A stretch of 64,000 nt of DNA, taken from contig JBFLWF010000004.1 in NCBI GenBank assembly GCA_040758355.1, positions 61,174 to 125,173 on the forward strand, given 5' to 3'. Below are positions 1 to 9,505 of the stretch, one piece after another; position 1 is the first letter of the stretch, and each line of letters begins with the position of its first letter. This stretch comes from Nitrospirota bacterium (GTDB taxonomy: Bacteria; Nitrospirota; Thermodesulfovibrionia; Thermodesulfovibrionales; Dissulfurispiraceae). The notes beneath the pieces were generated by a model that saw only the letters and a program-made list of their open reading frames with translations, ran no database searches and was not told where the DNA came from. The position numbers and the translations under genes are program-made.

Positions 1-1
1 G

Positions 2-352
2 GTAATAAGCGGCGTCAACAGGAGCAGGGATGACAACAGATACCCTTATATCCCGATGCATCAATACAGCCTGTATGCTTACTACAAACACCCATCAGGC
101 TTCAAGTTCAAGGTCGATACCTACACATGGGGGAAATATTTTGTGGACAATGCAAACTCCGATACTTATAAAGGATATACATTCCTTACAAATGCCCTTA
201 TCGGATATGAGATGAAGAATTTTGATATAACCTTTGATGTAAACAATGTCTTTGACAAGAGGTATGCCATGGAGGTGACAAAGGAGACAGACTTGAAATA
301 TCGGCCTGGAGCGCCTATGTCAATGATGGGAAGGATAACATATAAATTTTAA
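2..352 (+). CDS. TonB-dependent outer-membrane receptor, C-terminal fragment (5' end outside window)
   Basis: Frame open from window start. Beta-barrel pattern with FDVNNVFDKRY, PGAP and terminal ITYKF. exbB/exbD/tonB follow in the same operon. Confidence 0.9.
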   Translation, partial: VISGVNRSRDDNRYPYIPMHQYSLYAYYKHPSGFKFKVDTYTWGKYFVDNANSDTYKGYTFLTNALIGYEMKNFDITFDVNNVFDKRYAMEVTKETDLKYRPGAPMSMMGRITYKF

Positions 353-363
353 AAAGGGGGATT

Positions 364-393
364 CAGTAAGGGGGACAAAGTCCCCCTTACTGA
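364..393. repeat. GC-rich palindrome CAGTAAGGGGGAC-AAA-GTCCCCCTTACTG (REP-like / RNA hairpin)
   Basis: Perfect 13-bp stem. The same core recurs at 464-490 inside the next CDS. Confidence 0.8.
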
Positions 394-395
394 TT

Positions 396-1430
396 ATGGA
401 AATGCGATTCTTTTTGAGTTTAGTTGTAGTTTTAATTGCAGTGGTCAATTCTGAAGGAAATTTCGGAAGGGGGACAAAGTCCCCCTTCCGTGCAGAGGCT
501 ATGTTCCTCTCCGAAAATCCTCCTGCCGGACATTCAGGCGGCCATAAAGAGCACAGGGGTGGAGAAAGAAGCGATAGGAAAAGCGGGCAAAGAGGCGGCG
601 AACATTCGGAGCACAGGGCTGCGCCCGTAAAAAAGTTTTATCTCAATATTCATGACCTTTCTGACAGCGCAAAGGCTTATGTCCTGCGGCCTGATGGCTC
701 AATAACAGAAGGCAGATTAAGCCATGACGAAGGCGCATGGAGCGTTACATTCGATACAAAACCGATGGACGGCTCGATGGATGGGGTTTTTAATGTCTAT
801 GTAGTGGACAAGCAGGTTTCCGACGGAACGCTCCTTATCAGGGTTGCAAAGATGAATGCAATAAACCATAGCTGCGGATGGGGACATAAGTACAAATTCG
901 ATAAGGAAAGGCAGAGGCCGAAACATCTTGATTCAATACCGCTTGAGATAGTAGGTCATGACCTGTGGAACAGCTACTTTCATACGCAGACAATGTCAGG
1001 CGATAAATTTGTTTTTTCTGTGTTGCATAACGGAAAGCCTGTCAGTGCCTCTGTTAAAGTGCGGACTCAGAGCGGATGGATGAAGATGTTCAAGACCGAT
1101 GACGACGGCAAGGGTTCATTCCAGCTTATAAGGGATTATTACCCTGAAAAGTGGAATGATTTCAAGGCAAGGAAGAGGAGCGGTTTCGTAATCACGGCAG
1201 AGTATGAGGCCGATGAAAAAGGCATGTATGAAGGCAAGAGCTATAACAGGATCAAGCTTGTAACGACCATTCCATGGAGATACCAGCCCCAGCGCAGTGA
1301 ATATACATCTTACGCATATGGTCTGGGAATAGCAGTTGCCTTTGCTATTGCCGGAGGTCTTGCTGTTTATATTCACCGTGAGAGGCGCAAGAGGCCTTAC
1401 AGAGAGGTAAGGTTTAATGAGAAGAATTAG
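396..1430 (+). CDS. Exported, C-terminally membrane-anchored protein with His-rich N-terminus (DUF4198-like, putative metal-binding)
   Basis: Signal peptide, His/Gly-rich stretch, HSCGWGH motif, VLHNGKPV...KTDDDGKGSF segment, C-terminal TM helix plus basic tail. Confidence 0.7.
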   Translation: MEMRFFLSLVVVLIAVVNSEGNFGRGTKSPFRAEAMFLSENPPAGHSGGHKEHRGGERSDRKSGQRGGEHSEHRAAPVKKFYLNIHDLSDSAKAYVLRPDGSITEGRLSHDEGAWSVTFDTKPMDGSMDGVFNVYVVDKQVSDGTLLIRVAKMNAINHSCGWGHKYKFDKERQRPKHLDSIPLEIVGHDLWNSYFHTQTMSGDKFVFSVLHNGKPVSASVKVRTQSGWMKMFKTDDDGKGSFQLIRDYYPEKWNDFKARKRSGFVITAEYEADEKGMYEGKSYNRIKLVTTIPWRYQPQRSEYTSYAYGLGIAVAFAIAGGLAVYIHRERRKRPYREVRFNEKN

Positions 1431-2409
1431 GGAGTTTATCTATAGCGCAGACATAAATCGCTTCAGGATTTACTTCCAAGTATTCGCTTTCGGACTGCTC
1501 ATATACGGAGGCTATCTGGCCATTGATATAAGCACAAACCTCCCGACCTTTGCCTGTCCTTTTGTAGGAAACAGCAGGGGAGGAACCTGCTATCTGTATC
1601 CGCTTCAACATCAGGTCAATATGCCTTTTGCACAGTTTATAGGCGGAAGGGGCATCGCCTTTTTGACAGGGCTTATAACGTTTGTGCTTCTGTTCATGCT
1701 TTTCAACAAGGCGTGGTGCGGGTTTGCATGTCCCCTCGGCACAATTCAGGACTGGATAACAAAGCTGCGGAGCAAGCTCGGCACAAGATACAGCACATAC
1801 CCTGAAGGCACATTTAACGGGCTGAAAAAAATAAAGTATATACTTCTTGCTCTACTCATTCTGTTGACGCTGGGCATGAGCAACGCTGTCCCGGGTATTG
1901 GGAAACTCTCCGAGGACTTCATGACTCCTTACTGTATGCTATGTCCAGGAAGGACAGTGCTTCCGATTTTCAATGGGGACATAAAACAACTCGTTGTGGA
2001 TTTCAGTTCAAAGACAAAGCTTACCCTCACAGCGCTCGGCATGGCCGTTACAGGGACTTTTTTTGTGGGGGCGTTCGTTAAAAAACGCTTTTTCTGTTTT
2101 TTCTGTCCAATGAGCGCACTGCATTACATATTTTCGAAGGCTGGACTTTTGAGACTGATTAAGGACGGCTCAAAGTGTACGAAATGCGGCAACTGCTACA
2201 GGGTCTGCGATGTGGGGATAAAAGAGATAGCGGATGACGTGGTCAGCAAAAACATAGTGAAGGATGACTGCATGATGTGTTTTAAATGCGTTGCAGCTTG
2301 CCCTGAGGAGAAGTGTCTTGATGTGAAATTTTTAGGTTTGCCTGTTTATCGCTCTACAGAGCAGGGCTTTTTCAAAAGAATGGAGGGAAAAGTTAAAAAT
2401 GGAAATTGA
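1417..2409 (+). CDS. Membrane 4Fe-4S-binding protein (NapH/MauN-like polyferredoxin)
   Basis: TM helices, WCGFACPLG and FCFFCPM motifs, two CxxCxxCxxxC motifs. Confidence 0.85.
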   Translation: MRRIREFIYSADINRFRIYFQVFAFGLLIYGGYLAIDISTNLPTFACPFVGNSRGGTCYLYPLQHQVNMPFAQFIGGRGIAFLTGLITFVLLFMLFNKAWCGFACPLGTIQDWITKLRSKLGTRYSTYPEGTFNGLKKIKYILLALLILLTLGMSNAVPGIGKLSEDFMTPYCMLCPGRTVLPIFNGDIKQLVVDFSSKTKLTLTALGMAVTGTFFVGAFVKKRFFCFFCPMSALHYIFSKAGLLRLIKDGSKCTKCGNCYRVCDVGIKEIADDVVSKNIVKDDCMMCFKCVAACPEEKCLDVKFLGLPVYRSTEQGFFKRMEGKVKNGN

Positions 2410-3715
2410 AAGACTCGAAAGAATAAAAAAGACAACTGCGGTTCATCTCGCAATGGAGGCAAAGGATGCCCTGAAAAAGATAACAGAGGATTTCCCGGAT
2501 AATCCTGATGCAATGGAATACTTTTATTCCCTGCTTCATAAGTTTTATACAGATGGCGAGCTTTTTAAAGAGGGGGTTCGTGGGGTAGACAAAGTCTCCA
2601 CCACGCTCATAGGAACGATGTGCATTCAGGTTCCTGAAGAGCTTATCTATGCAGCAGGAGCAAGACCGATAAGATTATGCAGCGGCGCTTACGCATATGA
2701 TCAGACAGGCGCTGAATTCATGCCTGCGAAGTCATGCTCTCTGGTTAAGGCAACACTGGGGATGCTGAATATCAAAAATATGCCTTTCAAGGATTCATTG
2801 AGCGCCATAATAGTCTCTACAACCTGCGACCAGAAGAAAAAGGCGGCGGATATGCTAAAAGAAATGGGCTATAAGACATATACGCTCGAAATGCCTTCGG
2901 TAAAAGATACCGAGGAGGCGCGCTTTTACTGGCAGAACTCGGTAAAGAATTTTGCATCTGCGATTGAGGATATATCCGGAAACAGGATTACAAAAAAAGG
3001 ATTGAACGAAGCAGTGATGAAGACTAACAGGGCAAGGGCTGAATTCAGGAGATTCAATAACTTCAGGAAGAGCGCACATCCGCTTATATACGGAAAAGAC
3101 TCATTTGTTGTAGCCAATGCCTACTTCTTTGACGGCATCGAACAATGGACAGAGGCGCTTGCAAAACTCAACGCCGAACTCGAAGATAGAGACAATAGAG
3201 GGGTATCGGTTGCTAATAGGCATGCGCCGAGGATTTTGTTTACCGGCTCTCCTGCGATATTTCCAAATCTCAAGCTTCCTCTGCTTATAGAGCAGTCGGG
3301 CGGGGTTATCGTTGCCGATGAGGTATGCTCTTCTTCAAGGCTTCTGTATGACTCTGTGAGCTTCGATGAAGGCAATCTCTATGACATGATCCCTGCCATC
3401 GCAGACAGATATTTAAAGCCGTGCACCTGCCCATGTTTTGCGGAAAATGAAGACAGGAAGAGGAAACTGCTCGAAATGGTAAGAGGCTTTAATGTTGACG
3501 GCGTTGTGTATCAGGCATTTTCAGGATGTCATCTATACGAGATGGAGCATAAGTCTGTAGGAAAATTGCTTGAAGCAGAAGGGGTTCCGATGCTCTATAT
3601 AGAGACCGATTACAGCCCTGAAGATACCGGACAGTTGTCCACGAGGATTGAGGCGTTCATGGAGTCTATTAAAAACAGGAAGAGAAGTAAATTGCAAGGA
3701 GGATGTGACAGGTGA
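2399..3715 (+). CDS. 2-hydroxyacyl-CoA dehydratase family Fe-S protein, probably double-cubane-cluster type reductase
   Basis: MCIQVPEELIYAAG, RLC, SCSLVK, TTCDQKKK, EVC, CTCPC, GCHLY and IETDYS...GQLSTRIEAF motifs; single subunit. Confidence 0.85.
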   Translation: MEIERLERIKKTTAVHLAMEAKDALKKITEDFPDNPDAMEYFYSLLHKFYTDGELFKEGVRGVDKVSTTLIGTMCIQVPEELIYAAGARPIRLCSGAYAYDQTGAEFMPAKSCSLVKATLGMLNIKNMPFKDSLSAIIVSTTCDQKKKAADMLKEMGYKTYTLEMPSVKDTEEARFYWQNSVKNFASAIEDISGNRITKKGLNEAVMKTNRARAEFRRFNNFRKSAHPLIYGKDSFVVANAYFFDGIEQWTEALAKLNAELEDRDNRGVSVANRHAPRILFTGSPAIFPNLKLPLLIEQSGGVIVADEVCSSSRLLYDSVSFDEGNLYDMIPAIADRYLKPCTCPCFAENEDRKRKLLEMVRGFNVDGVVYQAFSGCHLYEMEHKSVGKLLEAEGVPMLYIETDYSPEDTGQLSTRIEAFMESIKNRKRSKLQGGCDR

Positions 3716-4527
3716 AATATTTTGCCGGCATTGATATAGGCTCTACAGCAATAAAGATAGTCCTGATAGACGAATCAGGGGACATAGTTGCACACCAGAC
3801 TTCCCCTACAGGCAGCCATTTCCATAAGAACACGCTGGACAGTTTCCATATGCTGCTTGAAAGGACAGGCACAAAAAAAGAAGACGTAGCCTATATCACA
3901 TCCACCGGTTACGGCAGGAAGCTTTTTAAAGAGGCTGATGAGTCCATAAGTGAGATAACCGCAAATGCCGCAGGCGCCAGAATTATCGGAAAAGATTACG
4001 GAGCGGTGCGGACAATCATCAATATAGGAGGACAGGACTCAAAGGTGATACTCATCGATGATGCAGGCCATGTAAAAAACTTTACAATGAATGACAAGTG
4101 TGCCGCAGGCACAGGAAGATTCCTTGAAATGACTGCGAGGAATTTAGGTGTGGAGGTTGATGAACTGGGGACAATGCACCTGAACGCAAAAGATATTCCC
4201 TTAACCATCAACAGCACCTGCACTGTCTTTGCCGAATCAGAGATAATAAGCCTTTTGGCAAACGGACATGAAAGGGAGGAGATTATAGCAGGAGTTCACT
4301 ATTCCATTGCAAGGAGGATAGTGCGCCTTGCAAAGCGGATAGGCATTGAAGACATGGTCTTTTTTGACGGCGGCCCGGCTATGAACAGGGGGCTTGTTGC
4401 AGCCATGGAAGACGAGTTGATGAGAAGTATCATAGTGCCTGAGATACCCCAAATTACCACTGCACTCGGTGCAGCAGTCATTGCCAGAGAAGCTTTTCTT
4501 GCAGAAGGAGAGAAGGTTCATGCATGA
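3712..4527 (+). CDS. ATP-dependent activator/reductase of the CoA-dehydratase type (BadF/BadG/BcrA/BcrD ASKHA ATPase)
   Basis: GIDIGST, TGYGR, IGGQDSK, MNDKCAAGTGRFLE and STCTVFAESE motifs; GTG start overlaps upstream stop. Confidence 0.92.
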   Translation: MKYFAGIDIGSTAIKIVLIDESGDIVAHQTSPTGSHFHKNTLDSFHMLLERTGTKKEDVAYITSTGYGRKLFKEADESISEITANAAGARIIGKDYGAVRTIINIGGQDSKVILIDDAGHVKNFTMNDKCAAGTGRFLEMTARNLGVEVDELGTMHLNAKDIPLTINSTCTVFAESEIISLLANGHEREEIIAGVHYSIARRIVRLAKRIGIEDMVFFDGGPAMNRGLVAAMEDELMRSIIVPEIPQITTALGAAVIAREAFLAEGEKVHA

Positions 4528-5131
4528 TGCAGCAGGTCTGTTTTTATTAGGACTGCTTTACGGGACAACCGTCTGCAGCCTCACATGCCTGCCCTATCTC
4601 GGCCCTTATCTTTTAAGCACCGGCAGGGGATTTACGGACGGCATGAAATCATCGCTTTTGTTTCTGTCAGGAAAACTGATCTGTTATATGTTTATAGGAG
4701 GACTTTCCGCATATCTCGGGAACGTCCTGATGCTTGACAAAAGCATGTCTGCAAAATTGATTATGGGCATAGCAATTATTGCCTTCGGCCTCTCCATCCC
4801 TTTTGTGAGCAGGGGAGAATGTTGCAATAAAAGGCAGGTTATGGGTAAAAACATTTCTCTGTTTCTGGTAGGCATATCTACAAGCCTTATACCATGCCCT
4901 CCGCTTGTTACAATGTTTCTGCTCGCTGCAAAGAACGGCTCTTTAATCTCCGGGATCTCTTATGGCCTGATTTATGGATTGGGATTAACCATTTCTCCGC
5001 TTATTATTGCAGGCGGGGGATTATCTGTAATTTCAAAAATTATCAAGACAGAGGTCAAGGGCTTTGTACCATATCTGCAGGGCATCTCTGTAGTGATGAT
5101 AGTGATAATGGGTGCAAGAATACTTATTTAG
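4520..5131 (+). CDS. Membrane protein, DsbD_2/UreH/TauE-like
   Basis: About 6 TM helices with VCSLTC and PCPP motifs. Start moved to ATG 4520, which overlaps the upstream stop. Confidence 0.75.
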   Translation: MHDAAGLFLLGLLYGTTVCSLTCLPYLGPYLLSTGRGFTDGMKSSLLFLSGKLICYMFIGGLSAYLGNVLMLDKSMSAKLIMGIAIIAFGLSIPFVSRGECCNKRQVMGKNISLFLVGISTSLIPCPPLVTMFLLAAKNGSLISGISYGLIYGLGLTISPLIIAGGGLSVISKIIKTEVKGFVPYLQGISVVMIVIMGARILI

Positions 5132-5147
5132 GAGGTTTGTATAAAAA

Positions 5148-5591
5148 ATGGAATGGCTTAACAGTATAGTCGATTATGGTGTGATAGGGTTTCTGACCCT
5201 ATTGAGCATTGTAGCAATTGCTATAGCAGTTGAACGGCGTCTTGTCTACAAAAACATCAGGCTTGAGGATTTCTCCGACAAAAAGGAACTTGAGCTTGCT
5301 CTTACGAAAAAGCTGCATATAATAGCCACAATCGGCAGCAATGCGCCGTATATTGGTTTGCTCGGAACCGTGTTGGGGATTATGGTCACCTTCTACACTA
5401 TGGGGCAGGAAGGCTTTATGGCAACAGGAAAGATAATGCTGGGCCTTGCCCTTGCATTGAAGGCAACTGCAGTTGGTCTGCTTGTTGCGATACCTGCTGT
5501 TACGATTTACAACTTTCTTTTAAGGAGAGTGAAGGTGCTCATGATGCAGTGGGAGATAAAGTTTGCAAAGGAGGAGGAAAAATCCCAATAA
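5148..5591 (+). CDS. exbB: TonB system energizer ExbB
   Basis: IATIGSNAPYIGLLGTVLGIM and ALKATAVGLLVAIPA motifs. Confidence 0.95.
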   Translation: MEWLNSIVDYGVIGFLTLLSIVAIAIAVERRLVYKNIRLEDFSDKKELELALTKKLHIIATIGSNAPYIGLLGTVLGIMVTFYTMGQEGFMATGKIMLGLALALKATAVGLLVAIPAVTIYNFLLRRVKVLMMQWEIKFAKEEEKSQ

Positions 5592-5695
5592 CCAATCTTC
5601 AAAATAACAAATAAATTCTAAATGTCAAATTCTAATAATCAAACATTTGGAGTTTGGAGTTTATTTGGATTTTGTGATTTGTAGTTTGGGATTTG
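5580..5695. repeat. Imperfect inverted repeat built from degenerate 7-8-mers between exbB and exbD
   Basis: AAATCCCAA...TTGGGATTT ends; A/C-rich left arm and T/G-rich right arm. Confidence 0.6.
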
Positions 5696-5704
5696 TTTTT
5701 AGAT

Positions 5705-6085
5705 ATGGAAGATAAAGAGTTTGATTATATGAATGTCATCCCACTCGTGGATGTGATGCTTGTGCTCCTCACCATCGTGCTTACAACATCCACATTTATA
5801 GCCACAGGGGTTATCCCTGTTGAACTGCCAAAGGCATCAAAGGGCAGCGAGGAGACGTTAAAGACATTGACTATAGAGATAGACAAAAGGGGCGTTATAT
5901 ACCTGAATTCAAGGATTGTGTCAATTAATGATATAAGGGAAAACATGAAGTCAATGGACAAATCCACGCCAATATTAATAAGGGCTGACAGGGATATTGC
6001 CCTTCAGGTCTTTGTAAATGTGCTCGATGTCGTGAAAAACCTCGGATTTAAGAGGGTCAGCCTTCAGACAGAGGAGAGGAGATGA
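5705..6085 (+). CDS. exbD: Biopolymer transporter ExbD
   Basis: MNVIPLVDVMLVLL and IRADRD motifs. Confidence 0.95.
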   Translation: MEDKEFDYMNVIPLVDVMLVLLTIVLTTSTFIATGVIPVELPKASKGSEETLKTLTIEIDKRGVIYLNSRIVSINDIRENMKSMDKSTPILIRADRDIALQVFVNVLDVVKNLGFKRVSLQTEERR

Positions 6086-6789
6086 CCCATCAATCTAAGG
6101 GATTACGGTTCTCCCTTATTCTCCATGCAGTGGTGATTGCATTTATCATCGCTTTCAGCAGCTCCATTGTACCGATAAACAAACCCATTGTTATCGACTT
6201 TAATATAGAGGATTCAGCCGATGCACCAAAAAAAAGCTCAAAGGAACTGCCTGCTCCTAAACCTGCAGTCAGAAGCCAGAAGCCTGAGGTCAAGGAACAG
6301 AAAAAAGAAATAGAAAAACCAGCTCCGGTAGCTGACGTGCATCCCACTCCGATAACAGAGTCTCAGGTGCCGATTCCTTCGGTTCAGCCACGCACCGAGC
6401 AAGTTGTTGCTAAAAATGAAGGACATACCGCTGTATCTTCAAGAACAGACGCTTCTTCTGGCAGTAAAAAAGATACCGATGCAGTTGGAAATTCGGAAGA
6501 GAAGGCGAGGATGAGATATCTCAAGGAGCATTTTGGATATATAAGGGACACAATAATGAAGAATCTCTCTTACCCGCACATGGCAAGGAGGATGGGTTGG
6601 GAAGGCAGGGTGACAGTATCTTTTATTGTCTATGAAAGCGGACATGTGGAGAATATAAAAATATTAGAGAGTTCAGGATTTGGAGTACTTGATAAAAACG
6701 CAATGGAGACCATAAAAAGGGTGTGTCCGCTTCCCAAACCGCCTGTCAGGGCGGAATTGATAATGCCTATAGTGTACAGGTTGGAGTAA
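6082..6789 (+). CDS. tonB: Energy transducer TonB
   Basis: N-terminal TM with SxxxH, Pro/Lys/Glu-rich linker, C-terminal YPHMARRMGWEGRV domain. Confidence 0.93.
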   Translation: MTHQSKGLRFSLILHAVVIAFIIAFSSSIVPINKPIVIDFNIEDSADAPKKSSKELPAPKPAVRSQKPEVKEQKKEIEKPAPVADVHPTPITESQVPIPSVQPRTEQVVAKNEGHTAVSSRTDASSGSKKDTDAVGNSEEKARMRYLKEHFGYIRDTIMKNLSYPHMARRMGWEGRVTVSFIVYESGHVENIKILESSGFGVLDKNAMETIKRVCPLPKPPVRAELIMPIVYRLE

Positions 6790-6808
6790 GGAAATGGTAT
6801 AATTATAA

Positions 6809-8707
6809 ATGACATTCCACAAAAAACTTACGAGACTCGACCTTACTCTAAAGGTCAGTATCTTAATAATCGTAATCGTACTTTCCACAAGCACTGTCCT
6901 GAACCTCGTATTTAGAGATTTTTTCAAGAATTATAGCATGGATGCCGTCTATCAGCATATCGTGTTTTTCTCAAGGACCGAAGGCAGACACTATGGTCAC
7001 CACATCCTTGATGGGAACATCAAGATAATACATAAGCACATACTGGATAACATATTGGCCCATAAAAACATCAATAATATCCACGTATACGACAGAGATG
7101 GCTGCCTGATCGTTGACAGATCTGGTTTAAAAAGAGAGAGACCCACTGATAAATGGATACAGGATTGTCTCAAATCTATGACAACGGTAAATAGGTTTGA
7201 GGGTTATCTTTTCAGGCACTTTGAGCCGATGACAGTTGAGGGGAAGGTAGCAGGCTTCCTGTATATAGAATTTAATGCTGATTTTCTGCTGACTGTACTG
7301 GCAAAGGGTAGAAACTTTTTTATTTATATGACAGGCATCCTAATATTGATTTTCGTATCGATAGGCGTGGTCATTTCAAAGAGGCTGATATCGCCGCTGA
7401 TAGACATTACAGAGGCATCAAAGAGGGTTGCAGAAGGAGATCTTTCTGTATCTGTCCCTGTGAAAGCAAGGGATGAGCGAGGCATCCTGTCCGAAAACTT
7501 CAATCTGATGGTGAATAGACTGAAAGAAGCGCAGGCAGAGATTACAAACTATGCCAGAAATCTTGAGCATGTAGTAGAGCTGCGTACAGAGCGATTGAAT
7601 AGTGCATTAAAGGAATTGCGGGAGGGGAAGGAATTCATTGAGAGGATATTCTCCACTGTCGGTGCATTGATTGTTGTTCTAAATGCAGAGGGAAGGATTG
7701 TTATGTTTAACAGGGAATGCGAGGATGTTACAGGATTCGGAGAGGATGAAGCGAAGGGGAAATATGTCTGGGACTTCCTCCTGCCAGAAAGATTCATCGC
7801 TCCTGTAATGGCGGTGTTTGCTGATCTGACAAACCAGAAATTACCCAATTCCCTTGAAAACCCATGGCTGACAAAAGACGGCAAAGAAAGGAATATACTC
7901 TGGAATAATACAGTTATCCCCGATGAAAATGGACAGATCAGATATGTTATCGGAACAGGCATCGACATCACAGAGAAAAAACTCATGGAAGAATACCTGA
8001 TGGAATCCCAGAGATTGCGGTCAATAGCCACGCTTATAACAGGACTATCGCACAATTTCAATAATATACTCGTTGGCGTGCTTGGTTATGCAGGGCTGTT
8101 AAAGATGAAAATCGCATCTGGCGATATTACTGACGCCGCGAAATATATCAAGATAATCGAGAGCTCTGCGGAAAAGGCATCAGATCTCATAAGACACCTT
8201 ATGCTCTTCTCAAAAAAAGCAGAATACGAGGTAAGAGAGATAAGTCTTAATGATGTTGTTAATGATGTCTTGAAAATAATTGCCCATTCATTTCTTTCAT
8301 CCATCTCCATTAAAACCAACCTTCAGGAAGAACTTTATAAGATTAATGCCGACAGAAATAAGATACAGCAGGTCATCCTGAACATATGTCTCAATGCCAG
8401 GGATGCAATGCCCGAAGGCGGTGTATTAGAGATAGAGATATTCAATGAGGAGGTCTCAGAGGATATATTGCCGGTTAAGAAGGGCAGATATGCTGTCATA
8501 AGGATAAGCGACACAGGATGCGGCATGGATGAGGAGACAAAAGCGAGGATGTACGAGCCTTTCTTTACCACAAAAGGGCTGCTTGAGCACTTAGGCATGG
8601 GGCTTTCAATAGCATACAGCATTATTAAAGACCACAACGGCCATATCAGTGTTGACACCGAAATGGGCAGGGGAACGACCTTTAAAATCTATTTGCCGGC
8701 AGCATAG
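6809..8707 (+). CDS. Membrane sensor histidine kinase (HAMP + PAS/PAC), no adjacent response regulator
   Basis: 2 TM, HAMP, PAS, H-box SHNFNNIL, N-box LNARDAM, DTGCG, FFTTK. Confidence 0.9.
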   Translation: MTFHKKLTRLDLTLKVSILIIVIVLSTSTVLNLVFRDFFKNYSMDAVYQHIVFFSRTEGRHYGHHILDGNIKIIHKHILDNILAHKNINNIHVYDRDGCLIVDRSGLKRERPTDKWIQDCLKSMTTVNRFEGYLFRHFEPMTVEGKVAGFLYIEFNADFLLTVLAKGRNFFIYMTGILILIFVSIGVVISKRLISPLIDITEASKRVAEGDLSVSVPVKARDERGILSENFNLMVNRLKEAQAEITNYARNLEHVVELRTERLNSALKELREGKEFIERIFSTVGALIVVLNAEGRIVMFNRECEDVTGFGEDEAKGKYVWDFLLPERFIAPVMAVFADLTNQKLPNSLENPWLTKDGKERNILWNNTVIPDENGQIRYVIGTGIDITEKKLMEEYLMESQRLRSIATLITGLSHNFNNILVGVLGYAGLLKMKIASGDITDAAKYIKIIESSAEKASDLIRHLMLFSKKAEYEVREISLNDVVNDVLKIIAHSFLSSISIKTNLQEELYKINADRNKIQQVILNICLNARDAMPEGGVLEIEIFNEEVSEDILPVKKGRYAVIRISDTGCGMDEETKARMYEPFFTTKGLLEHLGMGLSIAYSIIKDHNGHISVDTEMGRGTTFKIYLPAA

Positions 8708-8778
8708 ATGGAGGGGCGAGGGGGTGCAAAGAAATAGATATGATGAAATGGCTCGAAATGATACAGCCTTCGGCGCGG

Positions 8779-8794
8779 TGGCATGCGCTTTGCA
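8779..8794 (+). promoter_or_regulatory. sigma54 -24/-12 promoter
   Basis: TGGCATGCGCTTTGCA = GG-N10-GC, about 65 nt upstream of CDS 8860. Confidence 0.6.
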
Positions 8795-8859
8795 ACATAT
8801 ATTAAAATAAATAAAGTTATATGCTGGTTGCGGCATTATTGCCCCAAAATGTAGACTAA

Positions 8860-9291
8860 ATGTCCCTTATGAAACTTTTATATATCGCATTATCGTTGCT
8901 ACTCCTCATATCATGCTCAAGGCAGCCTGTCTATCCGGTGCCTGCCATAGAGGGCACGGATATAGTTATAGATGCAGGGACGCTCGAGCCGGATATCCCA
9001 AAATTCTATACGTATCATTACCGTAATAAGAATATAAACTTCTTTGTTATCAAGATAAACGGTAAAATCCTCTCGTTCCTCGATGCATGTATAAATTGTT
9101 ATCCTGCAAAACTCGGGTACAGGTTTGACAGCGGGTACATAATTTGCAAAAGATGTAGCGTGAGATATTCGGTATCCGAGGTAGAGAAGGGATTTGGCGG
9201 TTGCTTCCCGATTCGTATTTCAGGTCATCTTAAAGGCAGCAAATACCTCATCCCTGTTTCAGTGCTCCAGAGAGAGTCTGGCAAGTTCTGA
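8860..9291 (+). CDS. Lipoprotein with DUF2318-like (membrane iron-sulfur) domain
   Basis: Lipobox LISC; DACINCY, ICKRC and GGCFPI motifs. Confidence 0.8.
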   Translation: MSLMKLLYIALSLLLLISCSRQPVYPVPAIEGTDIVIDAGTLEPDIPKFYTYHYRNKNINFFVIKINGKILSFLDACINCYPAKLGYRFDSGYIICKRCSVRYSVSEVEKGFGGCFPIRISGHLKGSKYLIPVSVLQRESGKF

Positions 9292-9301
9292 ACTGGGAAT
9301 A

Positions 9302-9345
9302 TGTGACTTAAGTTACTGACAGGTGTTTAATGATATGGATAAACT
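9302..9345 (+). promoter_or_regulatory. Crp/Fnr-type box with class-II spacing to a -10 element
   Basis: TGTGA-N6-TTACT (9302-9317), centred 30.5 nt before TAAACT (9340-9345). Same spacing as the box at 10132. Confidence 0.45.
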
Positions 9346-9351
9346 TTCCTT

Positions 9352-9461
9352 GCCCCTCCAAAACCCCTCAATGGCTGGGGCCTGTTTGGCATGAGACCTC
9401 CTTATTAAATACGGGCCCAGAGGGGAGTCGCGGGGGAGATAATTTCTCCCCCACTTTTTTT
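9352..9461 (+). ncRNA. Candidate ~110-nt sRNA with anti-SD loop
   Basis: Promoter-like elements upstream, long stem enclosing ACCTCCTTA (9396-9404), intrinsic terminator at the 3' end. Confidence 0.4.
9432..9461 (+). terminator. Rho-independent terminator
   Basis: GGGGGAGA-TAATT-TCTCCCCC followed by AC and T7. Confidence 0.75.
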
Positions 9462-9505
9462 AGGTTCTTGACGGAAGGCAGCAATAGAACATAAGATAAG
9501 TTATA

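Noticed and set aside
3713..6085. TGA stops of the Fe-S reductase, activator and exbD as possible Sec codons
   Set aside because: The proteins are complete at those points and the stops overlap the next start codon (translational coupling).
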